DNA of 63,665 nucleotides, counting the filler, from Pelomyxa schiedti (lineage: Eukaryota; Protista; Evosea): the NCBI GenBank assembly GCA_020536535.1. It is 12 parts of 12 records of this genome, joined end to end, with 100 filler letters (N's around TTAATTAATTAA, not from the genome) between each part and the next. Parts side by side here need not be neighbours in the genome. Positions count along the whole stretch, not along the records: positions 62,240 to 63,665 come from JAHLWZ010002513.1; 11 more parts are not named here. The stretch is one strand, 5' to 3'. The notes beneath the pieces were generated by a model. The model made no database searches and was not told where the DNA came from. It worked only from the letters and a program-made list of their open reading frames with translations. Made by a program: the position numbers and the translations under genes. Shown here in pieces: positions 62,880-63,665 of the stretch (positions are counted from its first letter, which is position 1; each line of letters opens with the position of its first letter).

Positions 62880-63191
62880 CTACACTTCCCTGTCATCGTC
62901 CCTCGTAACCACGCACGAGTGCACCACCCCCAGCGTAGGCGACACTCCCATAATTACTCGCAGGCAGTGCGCCCCCACCCACATCGCCCTCAGATCTACC
63001 CCAAACACACGCACTGACGACACGCACACTACCCACGCCCGCCCAAATTCGCACAACGCGGCGGTCGACGCCCCAAAAACAGCACGCAGGGAACTGCTGC
63101 CACCGCACCTGGCCAAACACCCACAACACAAAGCCACCCACTGCGATCGTGCCTCAGTTACCGGAATCACCCTCGGCCTCCCAAGCGACAT
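62880..63191 (-). CDS. 'HPRCG-module' family protein, 5' part, broken by the inversion junction
   Basis: EARSQWVALCCGCLARCGGSSSLR...FGRAWVV...MGVSPTLGVV. Confidence 0.65.
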   Translation of the reverse strand: MSLGRPRVIPVTEARSQWVALCCGCLARCGGSSSLRAVFGASTAALCEFGRAWVVCVSSVRVFGVDLRAMWVGAHCLRVIMGVSPTLGVVHSCVVTRDDDREV

Positions 63192-63270
63192 TCCTTGAAA
63201 AAAAGTGATGAAAAAAGTTTTTTGTATTGATCCCAATTGATGTGGTACCAACAAGGGTGTTGTTGTTGGA

Positions 63271-63594
63271 TCAACCGGCAAAGTGAACTAGGTACCTTAT
63301 TCTGGCCTGATCCACGCGGTACACTATGTATTGGTGCTCTACACATGATACATTCTTGTATGGTGAATCGATGATGTGGCCAACTGGTACTACTACATTG
63401 TCCCTGTGGTGATTGTGAGTGTAAAGCATAGTAGATAATAGGACTCACTCTATTGTCATCTGCTCGGCTGGGTTTGGCTCTTGGGAGCCAAGTGCCCATG
63501 TGGAATCAAACCCGGGAAGCGCCTTTTCCATGTACTGATCACGAGGGAGCTGGGCCGGCTTGCCAAGTGCCGCATCAACCAGGAGCATGCAGAA
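63271..63594 (-). CDS. PARP catalytic domain, 3' exons (opposite strand to the 5' exons)
   Basis: FCMLLVDAALGK...GFDSTWALG..EPNP...VVVPVG...VEHQYIVYRVDQARIRYLVHFAG*, with one intron. Confidence 0.9.
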
Positions 63595-63665
63595 CTTAAA
63601 AGGGGATTAAGGGGGAATTGTGGGAGTGTGCGTGTCGTCAGTGCGTGTGTTTGGGGTAGATCTGA

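Overview
This window is not a single locus. It joins 12 eukaryotic contigs or scaffolds with 100-nt artificial linkers (N44-TTAATTAATTAA-N44) and also contains seven 100-N scaffold gaps with duplicated flanks. The DNA is gene-dense and rich in short (~40-70 nt) GT-AG and occasional GC-AG introns, so the ORF track fragments most genes; I reassembled them by hand. Gene content suggests an anaerobic amoebozoan such as Pelomyxa (inference only). Recognisable genes: PqiA-like membrane protein, CAD-type alcohol dehydrogenase, UNC-93 MFS transporter, DRP5-type dynamin, secreted beta-helix protein, Hint-domain protein, class IV sirtuin, ThrRS-N/uridine kinase, RapGAP, HMG-CoA reductase, erlin, phosducin-like protein, two PEX19 copies, PARP and a tRNA cluster. 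The most unusual features are: (1) a tandem array of atypical Rho GTPase-(Kelch)-F-box fusion genes, with the Kelch block bracketed by a 15-bp direct repeat; (2) a bacterial RlaP/YcgL-type nucleotidyltransferase that splices in frame to a Ras-family GTPase; (3) about 10 members of an uncharacterised family with an N-terminal 'xxQxxAlxxxxHPRCG' module; (4) a sirtuin-YEATS fusion; (5) a Vint-type Hint domain with no VWA partner; and (6) a PARP gene split onto opposite strands by an inversion inside one intron.
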